60,000 nt of DNA from Botryllus schlosseri (lineage: Eukaryota). The notes under the pieces were generated by a model. The model ran no database searches. It was not told the origin of the DNA and saw only the letters and a program-made list of their open reading frames with translations. The translations under genes and the position numbers were made by a program. Within the stretch, counting starts at the first letter, position 1. Each line of letters opens with the position of its first letter. This document shows positions 26,201-36,191 of this stretch, in pieces. The stretch lies in assembly GCA_051294905.1 (NCBI GenBank), contig CM119372.1, positions 7,504,001 to 7,564,000 on the forward strand, given 5' to 3'.

Positions 26201-29200
26201 AATTCTCTCCGTGGTGCTGCGAATGGTCGGCGCTTGCCTTGCGGCGTCGCGTGTTTATTATCGCGATCTCGTCAAGTCCAACCCTACCACGCCGTCCATC
26301 GCTACGTCTGCGATTCCGGTAAGAGTGATACACAATTTTAACCTAGTATTAGTTAACGCTTACACCTCGCACTCATTACACTGTGTCTGAGCAGATTATA
26401 TTCGAGCTTAACTCATGGAGCATTGTGGTCCTAACGTAATTGTTACGGATGGGCCAAACTATTTCTTGATTCAGAATTAATACGAATCATTTTTCACTGA
26501 GTATGGTTCCAATTGCGTACCGGTATGTCAAATGGTAAAAATTATCCTCAGGCATTTAGTACATAGAGACTTTTTTTTAAATTCTGTTCGTGTAGCCATG
26601 TAACGCTTGCCGAAATCGCGGCGGTTGGCATGTTGGCCACCCTTTCTAGATATAGGGTTCAGAGGTGATCATCGCAGAAGTTCTTCTACTGTTTTGGAAA
26701 ACCCAGTAGGCAGTAGGCACATAAGCGCGGCTTCCACTTCTGCTTAAGGTTATTAGGCAAAATTACTTGCTTTTCACGTTCTGGATTTTGGAAATTGGAA
26801 TATCATTTGGGTTGTCTCCGTTCTCCTCACAACTGGGCGAATTAGTCTTGTACCGGTATCTCAGTAACTGAATATAGCACTTCTATTTATACTTATTTCT
26901 GGAGAACCAACACTGACTGCTTTGACCACCTGTGAGTCTGTACGCCTATTCCTTGCCCAGACGCGCAGTGCGACGCCTACTCTCAATCCGACTCCTGTAA
27001 ACGACGTTGAGAAAGAGGAACTCTGCAGCGCGTTGGTCAGCGCCCAAGAGAGCGGCGCAATACAGATACTTGTGGAAGCTTGCCTGCCAACGCAAAAGGA
27101 CTGGGACCTGACTGCGGGCATAGGTGTGCAAAGAAAAGGTGAGAGAATGGAACATCAAACTGAATACGTCACTGTCGTGTTTATGCGTGTAGTTAGCTAT
27201 TGCCATCAATGCCAGATGAGTGAGCTCTTGAAGGTGACTTTTGTGTCTGCACTGACAAGCAATCCCCGATTTGACCACTTTGCTATCTAAGCTCAACAGG
27301 CTGCTATGCGAAATTGTGATTTCCAAAATGTATTTATCTACTAAAGAAACGATGGTATGACAAGTACTAAAGTAGTGTTAAAACATAGTTGCGCAAACTT
27401 TTTATCAACAACATTCCCTGACGCATTATTCAGAGCAGGCGCAAAGGCCATAACTAGTTTCATTGGCAAACATTTGTCGGATAATCCTGTATGCGCGAAA
27501 AGAATTATCAGGACTACAGATTCCGTGTTGCCGGGAGAGGTCGTTCACAGTTTCATTCGTGTGCCTTGGAGTCGACTTTTTATCAAAATACGCCAACCAG
27601 GCCTGTGCCTACAGAAGGAGTTTGTGCATTATCTTAAATAGTACAGTGTGCTCGAGCGCTCTCTCTGCCCCCATTATTCGAAATTTCATGCCGGTGACGT
27701 CATATTTTGTGATACGATTGTTGATTTACGATGTTCGCTCCAATTCTCTACTAGTTGCTGACGATTACCCCTGACGATGTGTCGGCCGAAAATATTCGGG
27801 TTCATTTCAATATGAATATACCGGTCAATGGTATATTGAAGTTCTGTGCCTCCAAGAAGCTCTTCAAACATTTGGAATGTTAAATGTGGATGTTTTTCAT
27901 GAAGGTAGCTATTTCAGGCTATTTAAGCATTCTTGAATCAAAACTACTAGAGTCGTGCTGGTTATGTTTTTTATACAGCTTCCAGTTTTACTTGAACAGT
28001 TCTTTAGGCAAAACTACTCACTTTTTGCAGTTTGAATTTTGAAAAAGTAGAAATTAGTTTTAGCGTGAGCTTGTGTCACTTTAATGAGAGACTTGATCAT
28101 AAAAAATGGGCAAAAACGCCTCTTTATCAGGTAACATTAGTCGTTTCCCCTTAGTCCCAAAGATACTTTTTGCAATTTGGAAAGTAGCCGCCTTCGATCA
28201 ACTGCGAAAAGCCATGAGACTCCTCGACGCGTCTTAGAGTACTTCAATTCAATTTATTATCAACAATTTCATAATTTCAATACACCACAAGTAGGCGATA
28301 CAATGAAAAGATGGGAAGGTGTCTATCGAAATGGCTGTGAGTAGTCCTTGGAATCAAACACCCATATGTCATAGGCAATGTAAAAAGGAGGCGTGCACAC
28401 TGAATGAAAAGTAAAGTAGATAATATAAAAAGCAAGCGTTAAAATGAGGTGGCATGTGACAGACCTTTCATTTGTTACCTGCAGTGACACTTTACGTAGC
28501 TTTGACATTGAAAACCGCATCTCCTACATCTACCTGTACTGACAACCTCTGCCCTCTATTTTTCAAAGGCGAAGGCATACCGGGCAACCTGCTGTCGTCT
28601 CTCCGCGAAATCCACTGCCTCATCTGTTGCACTCTTCACCAGATGTTTATCGCCGATCCCAAAGTGGCGAAACTAGTCCATTTCCAGGTACACACCATCG
28701 CCTGCAATGCCCAGATCTAGCACCTCACTTTCGGCTATTCCCTCCGTTCCAGGGTTACCCGAGTGAGCTGATACCGGTTTTCGTAGGCGGGGTGCCGTCT
28801 ATGCACATTTGCCTCGACTTTATTCCGGAGCTACTGCAGCAGAAAGACATCGGGAAGCAGCTGTTTGCGATTCAGCTGTCGTCTCATCTGTCTGTGCATT
28901 TCCCGATGCCCAAGTCGCTATCTATAGCGCGACTTTGCGTCAACGTGCTGGCGACCTTCGTCACAGGTACGGTGTTATGGTCATGTCGGTTCGACATTGA
29001 GTGTTGCAGACTTTGATAGCATCGAAAAAGCTGTTGTTTTTACTGATGGCATGGAAAGTTATGATTCATGCGTAAGTGTAGTAGGGAGAGATGTGGTCTA
29101 AGTATAGTACAAGGAACTTACACACCGATTTTCAAGAAGCTAGTCTACATAGGTAGTAAAATATGGCATTTTTATATTTTATTAAACAAAAGGGGTCCTG

Positions 29201-31235
29201 CCTCCCTTATGTAGAAATAGAAGTTACGTCGTAACCCTTCAGAGTCAGTCGCCACCCGTTTGAAGTGTTTGATGCATAATAGGTAATTACGTGAACATAT
29301 ATATATCAAATCACACACATATACGTAGAGTCAACATTCAATATAGATATGACTAACAACGCGATGTTAAGCTTCAATAAAGGTGTAATGAAGGATAAAT
29401 TTAGAACAAGCATTGTATGAAAGAAGGAAATAAAGGGAATAGGGATGATAACTTGACTCAGTTCTTGTGACGATTTCACGCACACGCGATGCGAACTTAT
29501 CCCAATAGTACGTTCTACTGTTCAAAATACAAAATGTCGGCTGTGTTGCCTAAAAATACTGTTCAAACAGATGTGTAAGGGAGTCTTCTTCAATACTAGT
29601 AGGAGGACTACTTTTTCGGAATATTTTACCATTGTATACAATTGGATTTCGATTGTAGCGGTCAAATTATGACCAATGTGGTTATTGTTTTGATTTTTCC
29701 CGAAACGGATTGTGATTGAATGGTGTATTCATATTGAAATAAACCCGAATGCCCGACTCTCCACCAGTTGCTGACCCTGACGATTACATGTGACAAGTGT
29801 CAGCCGAAGATATTCGGGTTCATTTCAATATGAATATATTACACAATTGCACACTGAAGTTCTGTGCATGCGAGGGTCTCTTCAAATATATCGCGATCGA
29901 TTAAAACTTTCTTTTTTCAGTTCTACCCGCTCACCAGCGATGCGAGTTTCTGTCGTTGGCGTTGAGCGCCATCCGGCGATTTGCGACCGCGTTTCCGCCG
30001 CTTTTGCGCGACTGCATCAGCATCTTGTTGCACATATCGAAGATTTCAAAGTGTCACCTGGCCGCGCACGACACCATCGTCAGCAAGGATCTTGTCATCG
30101 GTGAGTCATGGTAGCTACCATTGCACGGCCCTAATGAATTTCTGATGGCGAGTGTTGTGAGTAGAATTGGTCATGGTAGCCGTCGTTGGTACTTGAGCAG
30201 AATTAGAAATATTGTCGTAAATTTCTACTCAGCGATCTCTAGACCAAGTTTCTCGGAACAAACTGAAAACTGTTAATTAAAAGTAACAGTCTAAAATCCA
30301 AGACCAGTTGAGTAAGTCCAGACTGCAAGTCGTCAAACCCAACTTGAGTGCTCCAACGAAGCAGGACACCTCCGGTACTGATCTCCCTCTGGTTGTAACA
30401 TCATCGGAATGGACCCTGGGCATGAATTCGAAAAGACGCTTGGACTTGGCTGACTTCAATATACGATTGAATAAGATGTTCATATTGAAATGAGCGGGTA
30501 TTTTCGGCTGTCACCCGTCGGGGGTGAACGTCAGCAACTTGTAAAGTATTTAACTGTCGCTACGCGACGTCATCACGGCACTGAAATACTTTTTCGCCTC
30601 TCGGTATTCAGCTTTTCCGAATTAGATTAGAATTGTGGCTAGACAGGTTTTTTCCGAATTAGACTAGAATTACAATCATATCTACAGTTTATTTTTTCAA
30701 ATTAGATTGTAGGTACAATTTTTTTCCAAATTAAATTCATATTAGAATTGTAGGTAGAATTTTTTTTGTAATTCAATTAGTATTACCTAATTCATGAAAA
30801 CTTGGGTATTCAATGAGGTTCAATTCATTTCAAATCAGAGTTCAATCCCACGGGCATGAGAATGAACAGCATCACAGCAAGCTTGGCTCGTTTCACGCTA
30901 TACTATGCTCCCGTAACATTTTCAGAAAGATCGGAAATAAGATTAGAAATAAAATTGGAGCGTAGAAACATTTCGCAAACTAGATAAGAATTAGATTTCC
31001 ACCATTTCGCAATAGGGTTATCCAGCCCGAGTCTGGCTACTGATAATGGTGTCGGTCCCTCTTCATGGTATCGATCTCGCTAATGCGCGAACGATGTACA
31101 AACCGTCGTTTTCCAGACGAGCAAGACGAAGACGACGGGAAAGCGGTCAATCAATGGGACGCGCACGCCAAACTCCATCGGCAAGCTCGCAAAACCTTCA
31201 ACCTGATTGTCGAAGACGCCATGTCGAAAAGGTAG
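11228..31235 (+). CDS. INTS2: Integrator complex subunit 2, 24 coding exons, ~1184 aa
   Basis: Manually spliced phase-consistent GT-AG exons: 11228-11376, 12326-12454, 13679-13824, 14530-14643, 16613-16695, 16754-16933, 19213-19392, 19820-19919, 19983-20103, 20162-20287, 21852-21923, 21989-22172, 22477-22611, 23692-23797, 24052-24210, 24270-24430, 24488-24611, 25340-25547, 26051-26318, 26961-27138, 28569-28687, 28753-28966, 29921-30100, 31117-31235 (3555 nt total). Peptides match vertebrate INTS2 as I recall it, e.g. ILPCLSRM, LSGIEDVNAIVLLLKVDFHVLEVDA, VVAAHAVNVPVTKSLNGNMTGYLPIHCVYQLL, LHQMFIADPKVAKLVHFQGYP. Confidence 0.95.
11577..12014. mobile_element. hAT-type MITE, gactcgagtc-repeat family (older copy)
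   Basis: Diverged TIR ctggattgtaac...ttacaaccctg; the body aligns with 23104-23683. Confidence 0.8.
12930..13185. mobile_element. Palindromic hAT-type MITE nested in another MITE (~12788-13311)
   Basis: TIR TAGGGGTGTTCAAAA...TTTTGAACACCCCTA with perfect 8-bp TSD GTGCACAG (12922-12929, 13186-13193). Confidence 0.9.
14040..14200 (-). pseudogene. Possible degenerate hAT transposase remnant
   Basis: The minus frame reads AADAIHIIHCYLSAVTMNYWTQHRFRLQCCVLEV with flanking stops, resembling the hAT segment after the first catalytic D. Confidence 0.3.
15015..16137. mobile_element. Non-autonomous DNA transposon with 8-bp TSD
   Basis: TIR CATAGGCGCC...GGCGCCTGTG with perfect TSD CCTCCTTA on both sides. 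Internal 15440-15950 is homologous to 36800-37310. Confidence 0.85.
17059..18837. mobile_element. hAT-type MITE with internal insertions
   Basis: Ends CAGTGCTTTTCAACCT...AGGTTGAAAATCTG, with subterminal ttcattcgcac repeats at both ends. Confidence 0.65.
20594..21256. mobile_element. Almost fully palindromic 663-bp hAT-type MITE
   Basis: TIR TAGGGCTCTTCAAAAATGAC... with the inverted match extending to the centre (~20925). TSD CTCTGCAG/CTCTACAG. Same family as 12930-13185. Confidence 0.92.
23104..23683. mobile_element. hAT-type MITE (gactcgagtc family) abutting the INTS2 exon 14 acceptor
   Basis: TIR CAGGGTTGTAA...TTACAACCCTG; TSD TATTTTAG/TGTTTTAG. Confidence 0.9.
27757..27801 (+). ncRNA. 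Minimal type I hammerhead ribozyme motif within a dispersed repeat (27740-27870)
   Basis: ACCC-CTGACGA-tgtgtcggcc-GAAA-atat-TC-GGGT. Stem I is ACCC/GGGT, the core boxes are CUGANGA and GAAA, stem III is the palindrome AATATT, and upstream GCTGAC can pair with loop II GTCGGC. Confidence 0.65.
28262..28465 (-). mobile_element. LINE 3'-UTR fragment
   Basis: Diverged reverse-complement match to 33950-34150. Confidence 0.8.
29725..29885 (+). repeat. Degenerate hammerhead-family repeat preceded by a short inverted piece
   Basis: agttgctgac...gtgtcagccgaagatattcgggttcatttcaatatgaat; 29727-29750 is an inverted copy of attcgggtt-atttcaatatgaat. Confidence 0.75.
30430..30545 (-). repeat. Degenerate hammerhead-family repeat
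   Basis: The minus strand reads gttgctgacgttcacccccgacgggtgacagccgaaaatacccgctcatttcaatatgaac; the core is mutated. Confidence 0.7.
30610..31000. repeat. Interspersed repeat with aattagattagaatt subrepeats; second copy at ~59470-59680
   Basis: Shared motifs tttttccgaattagattagaattgt and tcatgaaaacttggg/tcgcgaaaacttgga...catgagaat/cacgagaat. Confidence 0.7.
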
Positions 31236-31439
31236 CATCGGTCGACTGCGCCGCGAGGGAAAAGTGAATTCTCTGCACACTCAGTTGGATTGCTATTACC
31301 GACTTGTTCCTCAGCGACTCGCGAGCCAGCGGGAGCGGTAATACGGTCGAGGTCGTATTATTGCGCCGGGCGTGATCTGTCAGCCCGCGATGAGTTTTGC
31401 AGCAAAAGCGGAGCGTGCTGTCTTTGATACTGTATTTCA

Positions 31440-31445
31440 AATAAA
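31440..31445 (+). promoter_or_regulatory. Candidate polyadenylation signal of INTS2
   Basis: AATAAA ~205 nt after the stop codon, followed by a T-rich tract (tgttatttctttctt). Confidence 0.55.
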
Positions 31446-31720
31446 ATATTGAGAACCGATTCGTTGCAATGTTATTTCTTTCTTACTCGGAAGCTGTTTG
31501 GGGCGTTCTCATCGCAAAAACACGGAGATCACTGCGTATTAGTGCTCATCTATTCTGTTTGATTGAAAATGATAAATTTGTCGAATCTGTTAATGGAGGT
31601 TGTGTGCTGTGATTTAGGATTGCTGGTCAGTGGTCACCACCGCTATCGGTACGTTGCCTCTCATCAAAGACCGGCGCAGCGCTCGGTTCATATGTGATTA
31701 TCTTCTTGGTTTGGATGAGT

Positions 31721-31837
31721 GATATGAAAATATCAATGAACTGATATTGAAATTAACAACAGGTTATGAACGTAATGTAATGTTCATATAACCTGTTGTA
31801 AATTTCAGTATCAGTTCATTAAAATTTTCATCATATC
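31721..31837. repeat. ~115-bp imperfect palindrome (mini-MITE or hairpin)
   Basis: atgaaaatatcaatgaactgatattgaaattaacaacaggttatgaac pairs with gttcatataacctgttgtaaatttcagtatcagttcattaaaattttcat. Confidence 0.85.
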
Positions 31838-31841
31838 AAAA

Positions 31842-32075
31842 AACTGCGGTAAAATGAAAAGATAGGAAGGTGCCGAAACGACGGGTCTAGATGATGTAGA
31901 AATAGAGGCATGTACAGAATATAAAAGGCAAGCGGCAAAATGAGGTGGCATGTGGCGGAAGGTGAGACCGATATGCTAGGTCGTGGTAATCTTGAGTGCT
32001 AACTAGTTCATTTAGAAGAAATTGCTTATATTCCGGCTTGAATGCGGACATGCTCGACGACCGTCGGATAGCAAG
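31842..32075 (-). mobile_element. Degenerate LINE 3' fragment (ORF end plus UTR)
   Basis: IRRSSSMSAFKPEYKQFLLN matches IRQSTSMSTFKSKYKQLLLN of the RT ORF ending at 33934; UTR motifs are shared. Confidence 0.85.
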
Positions 32076-32427
32076 CGAGTGTCCGTCAAGTGAATTGAGA
32101 TGACAGTTTGGCAGGGCATGGTCAGGCCGTGTTATTTTTGACATTTCGTGAACCAAATGCCAAAACTGAAAAAATATGGCTTTTTGAAAATATAGATTCT
32201 TCTGAAAGATTTTTATAAAAATGTCATCAAGAATTGTCAGGCGTTTGTATATGAAGCGACAAAACAAGTGTGTAAAGCAGAATTCATAAATTAGGGCCCG
32301 TGAATCATTCGGGGGGTCTGCAGACTTCTATCCAAGGGGCAGGGCCGTAACAGCATTCCGCCAGCCCCCCCAAAAAAACGTTGGTCTTGGGCCCCCCACA
32401 TGATGATAAACCGAACTTCTGGGGGGC

Positions 32428-34667
32428 TGTCACCTTTTTCGTATGACTTGACTTGACTCGAGTCACTTTGCTAAAATGACTTGACTTGACTCGGCGTATC
32501 AGAAATGTGGATTGACTCGTGACTCGGAACAAAATTCACGAGTCAATTTCAAGTCATCAAGTAATCGGTGTCGCTAAAAATCACTGTATCTTGCATATGG
32601 TCGAATTGTTCGCGAAACGCTGGCGTAACCCGTGAGAGTGAGCAATCATTCAATAATTCAATGATTTAATGAGCCACCATTGTTCTTTCACAAATAAATT
32701 GACCGCAAACAAAGTGATCGAAGCTTACAGCTTACGTTGTCGTAAACTCATGGTAAAATAATTTAACAGCAAAATGTCTATTTCTGTTCTTACCTTAACC
32801 AAGCCTCTTGTTTTATTTTTATTAAATTCGAATATAGTTTCTATAGTCTGCGTAGATCATAAAATTCTCATCTCGAAATTGGCGCGTTACGGACTTCGGG
32901 GCCCACAACTTGAGCTCATGAAAAGTTACCTCACTGGACGCCAACAAATGGTTGCGATCTCAGACACCTTGTCCTCTCCTCACCCGGAGACCTGTGGTGT
33001 GCCCCAGGGCTCAGTACTTGGACCGGTCCTTTTCACCTTATATGTCAACGACATTTTTGAAACCTCCTCATTGAACACCACACTGTTCGCTGATGATACT
33101 CACCTCCTCTCTTCCGCATCTTCGACGGCAGAGCTAGATGCCCTGACTGGTGACCAAATGCCCAAAGTCCATGAGTGGACGGCCCAGAACAACCTTTGCA
33201 TAAACGCCTCGAAATCGCAATTGCTGACAGTAAATTCAAAAAATAACCTAACCGTTAATATCGCTGGTCAGCCCGTTTCCAACACAGATAATGCCAAATA
33301 TCTCGGAGTTTTACTGGACTCGAACATGTCCTGGAAGAGTCATATTCAGTCCCTAGAAACTAAATTATCACCGAAGTGCGGCCTGTTCTACAGCCTTGGG
33401 CGCTTCATGCCAGCATGGGTTCTTCTGATACTCTTTAAATCCTTAATCCAATCGAAGTTACATTATGGCATCCTCTGTTGGGGGGCTGCCAGTAAAACTG
33501 CACTCAAGCCACTACAGAAACTACAGCATAAAGTACTCCGAATCATAGCTAGGGCCTCAAAGGGGCCTGGCTGCCCATCCAATAAGTCGCTGCTGAAGAG
33601 ATTCGGCGTCCTAAACATAGAAGATATGCGGAAACTAGAAATCGCCAAGTTTATGTATCAGTTTCACTGCGGTCGTTGCCCCGAATATTTCAATGACTTC
33701 TTTACCTCTGAATCAAAAGCGCACAAGTACAACACACGCGCGTCCACGTCGTCCAAATATCATATGATCGACCGAAAAGATCATCGCTCCATCAAATATG
33801 CCGGACCTGATGTGTGGAACAGTATCCCGCCGGCCATCCGACAGTCGACGAGCATGTCCACATTCAAGTCGAAATACAAGCAATTACTACTAAATAAATA
33901 CAGTCCATCCTCAAGATTACCGGACCACGACTGACCTATCGATCTCGCTTCCCATGACATGCCGCCCTATTTCTTGTCGCATTCTTTTTCTATACTATCT
34001 TCTTTACTTTCATTCAGCGTGCATGCCTCCTCTTTACATCGCCTAGGCCAAGGTGGGTGTCAGATTCCATAGACTACTCCTTGTCGCTTCGACATCTTCC
34101 TGTCTTTTCATTGTATCGCATTTTTGTGGTGTATTGAACTGATAAAATTGCTAATAAACCAATGATGATGATGATGATAGTTCTCAATCATTGGCGCAGG
34201 CTCGAATTGTATTAAATCAATTTGTAATCGGGTAATGTATTGCATCTTATCAATTCGTTTCTCTATTCTCTATTCTGCTGCGAACTATACACTGAGGCTA
34301 TACAATTACCCACGTAGTTTAACAGTTCTACATATATGTGAGCGATACAGCGTGTATATTTAACTCTGCATTCGTTCATCGGTTTAGAATCAATGACTAT
34401 ACTCAATCTGCATTTCAGACAGCTAAAAAAATGCAATGACGTAATCATGCCCCATACTTCGAAAAGGCAACTTGACTTGAATTGTGACTTGAATCGTAAC
34501 TTGACTTGACTTGACTCGACTTGACTCGAGTCACCTTCAAAAATCGGGTGACTTGACTTGACTCGAGTCACTTTCGAAAATCGATTGACTTGACTTGACT
34601 CGAGTCAAAATGTGCAGTGACTCGAAATGACTCGTGACTCGAAGGTAGTGACTTGATCCCAACACTG
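32428..34667. mobile_element. gacttgact-repeat MITE, host of the LINE insertion
   Basis: gacttgacttgactcgagtca subrepeats at 32440-32530 and 34470-34650; right end GATCCCAACACTG. The left terminus is not clear. Confidence 0.7.
32848..34180 (+). mobile_element. 5'-truncated non-LTR retrotransposon (CR1/L2/Crack group): RT C-terminal half, 3' UTR and (GAT)n tail
   Basis: CVDHKILISKL, GVPQGSVLGPVLFTLYVND, LFADDT, KYLGVLLD. Frame open to the stop at 33934; AATAAA then (GAT)n at 34153-34178; candidate TSD atagtt(t)ct. Confidence 0.93.
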
Positions 34668-36191
34668 CCTTCAAGCCATTTGCTTACAACCCTCCGTCAA
34701 GTGCGATAGCTATTTCGTTTCCGATGGCGGCTAACAGCTGATTACTTGATCATCCTATTCCTCGGTAAACGTTACGCAAAATTCGGTGTTGGTCTGTTCG
34801 TATTAATTTTGACAGGGCCATGAGGTTACTTTCGATGATGTCATGCAACAGTGTACTAAGTTTACGGCTTTCATCCACGTATTTATTCGGTAATATATTT
34901 TCCAAAGGCGATTTCGCAGCACACCTATAGACAGCAATAAAGCGGCCAAAATCTCCTATTACCGAGACCGAATTTCCGAGGCTGCTATTCTTAGTTCTTT
35001 AGAATGATGTTTTGGATTCAATATGACATGCCCAATCTATGAGATAACAATTGCGTATGTGTCCACATATGCCCATTTCATTGAATTTTGTGACAATGCT
35101 GTCATTTCCACTGTCATGCGTAGCTTTGTACTATATGCATACATGTTTCGTGTGCCATCATGCGACGAATCGAGGTTTACAGCTTTCCACAGTTCAAAGA
35201 TAGAAACTATAATTAACGTGGATAAATTTACTCTTAGCGACAAGGAGCGTATAATTTTAGTACTCGAAAAATCATCTCTATAAGTAACTGCTCTACTTGA
35301 ATCACAAGAATTAATACTGGATTCAGATTCGAGTACTCGAATCATTTATGCCCAGCACACAGATATCGTCTCCAAAAGCGCGAACTTTGCTTTCTCGAAA
35401 GGTCAGTTATGAACCTCGTTACGTACGTAAACTTCACTCAAGGTTTCGTTGAGTATGGAAAGTGGTAATTACGAACACGTTCCAATCTTCGCGACTATTC
35501 TGCGAATGCGTTAGCGTTGGACTTCCTTGCGTCATCATCAGTTTAATAAAATTTTCATCTAATAAAAACAACACAAGATTGCGATATAATAATAAGATAG
35601 GAGGGTGCCGAAATGACTCCAGAGTGGTCTTTTAATCAGACACCGGTGACGTGCGGTCAATGGAGGCAAGTGAGGCACTGCCTCGCCTGTCGCCGGGATA
35701 AGAAAAGGAAATTGTGAAAACCTTCAATGATTATTGATATTTACCCTCGATGTCCAGGAATAACTAAATTTGAATTTTTTTTATGCAACATCACCAATAT
35801 GCATATAAGCATATTTATTGTTCAAAAATACTGCGCGAAAAGAGAGGTGAGGCACGGGCGGGTCGTGCCTCACCTGCGACAATGCAATTCACCGTAAACA
35901 GCTCGGGGGCCACATTACAAAAAATACACTTTTCCGATAGCGGTAAAGTGTTCTCTCGCTTGTCAATACCGCTTTGTTCGGTAACTGGTATTGTAAAACA
36001 AAACACGGAGCACTCTCGCCGCGGCGGTGCGCACATACGCAAAACGAGAGGAAAGCTACGCAATCACGCGAGAGATATGTTTTGGAGATGGGCGATGGCT
36101 GAAATCATTGTGATGTCACGAAGTGCTTCAGTAGATTGACTTCGGAGACCGCCTTACCAACACTCACAGACTTTTCATAATACGCCGGGAT

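Noticed and set aside
27463..27600. ILYARKELSGLQIP resembling a non-LTR RT C-terminal motif upstream of the hammerhead
   Set aside because: The match is too short and no other RT motifs are nearby; it needs a profile search.
32774..32847. N-terminal 25 codons of the 386-aa RT ORF as a signal-peptide-like start
   Set aside because: These codons come from flanking MITE DNA upstream of the LINE truncation point and use a chance in-frame start.
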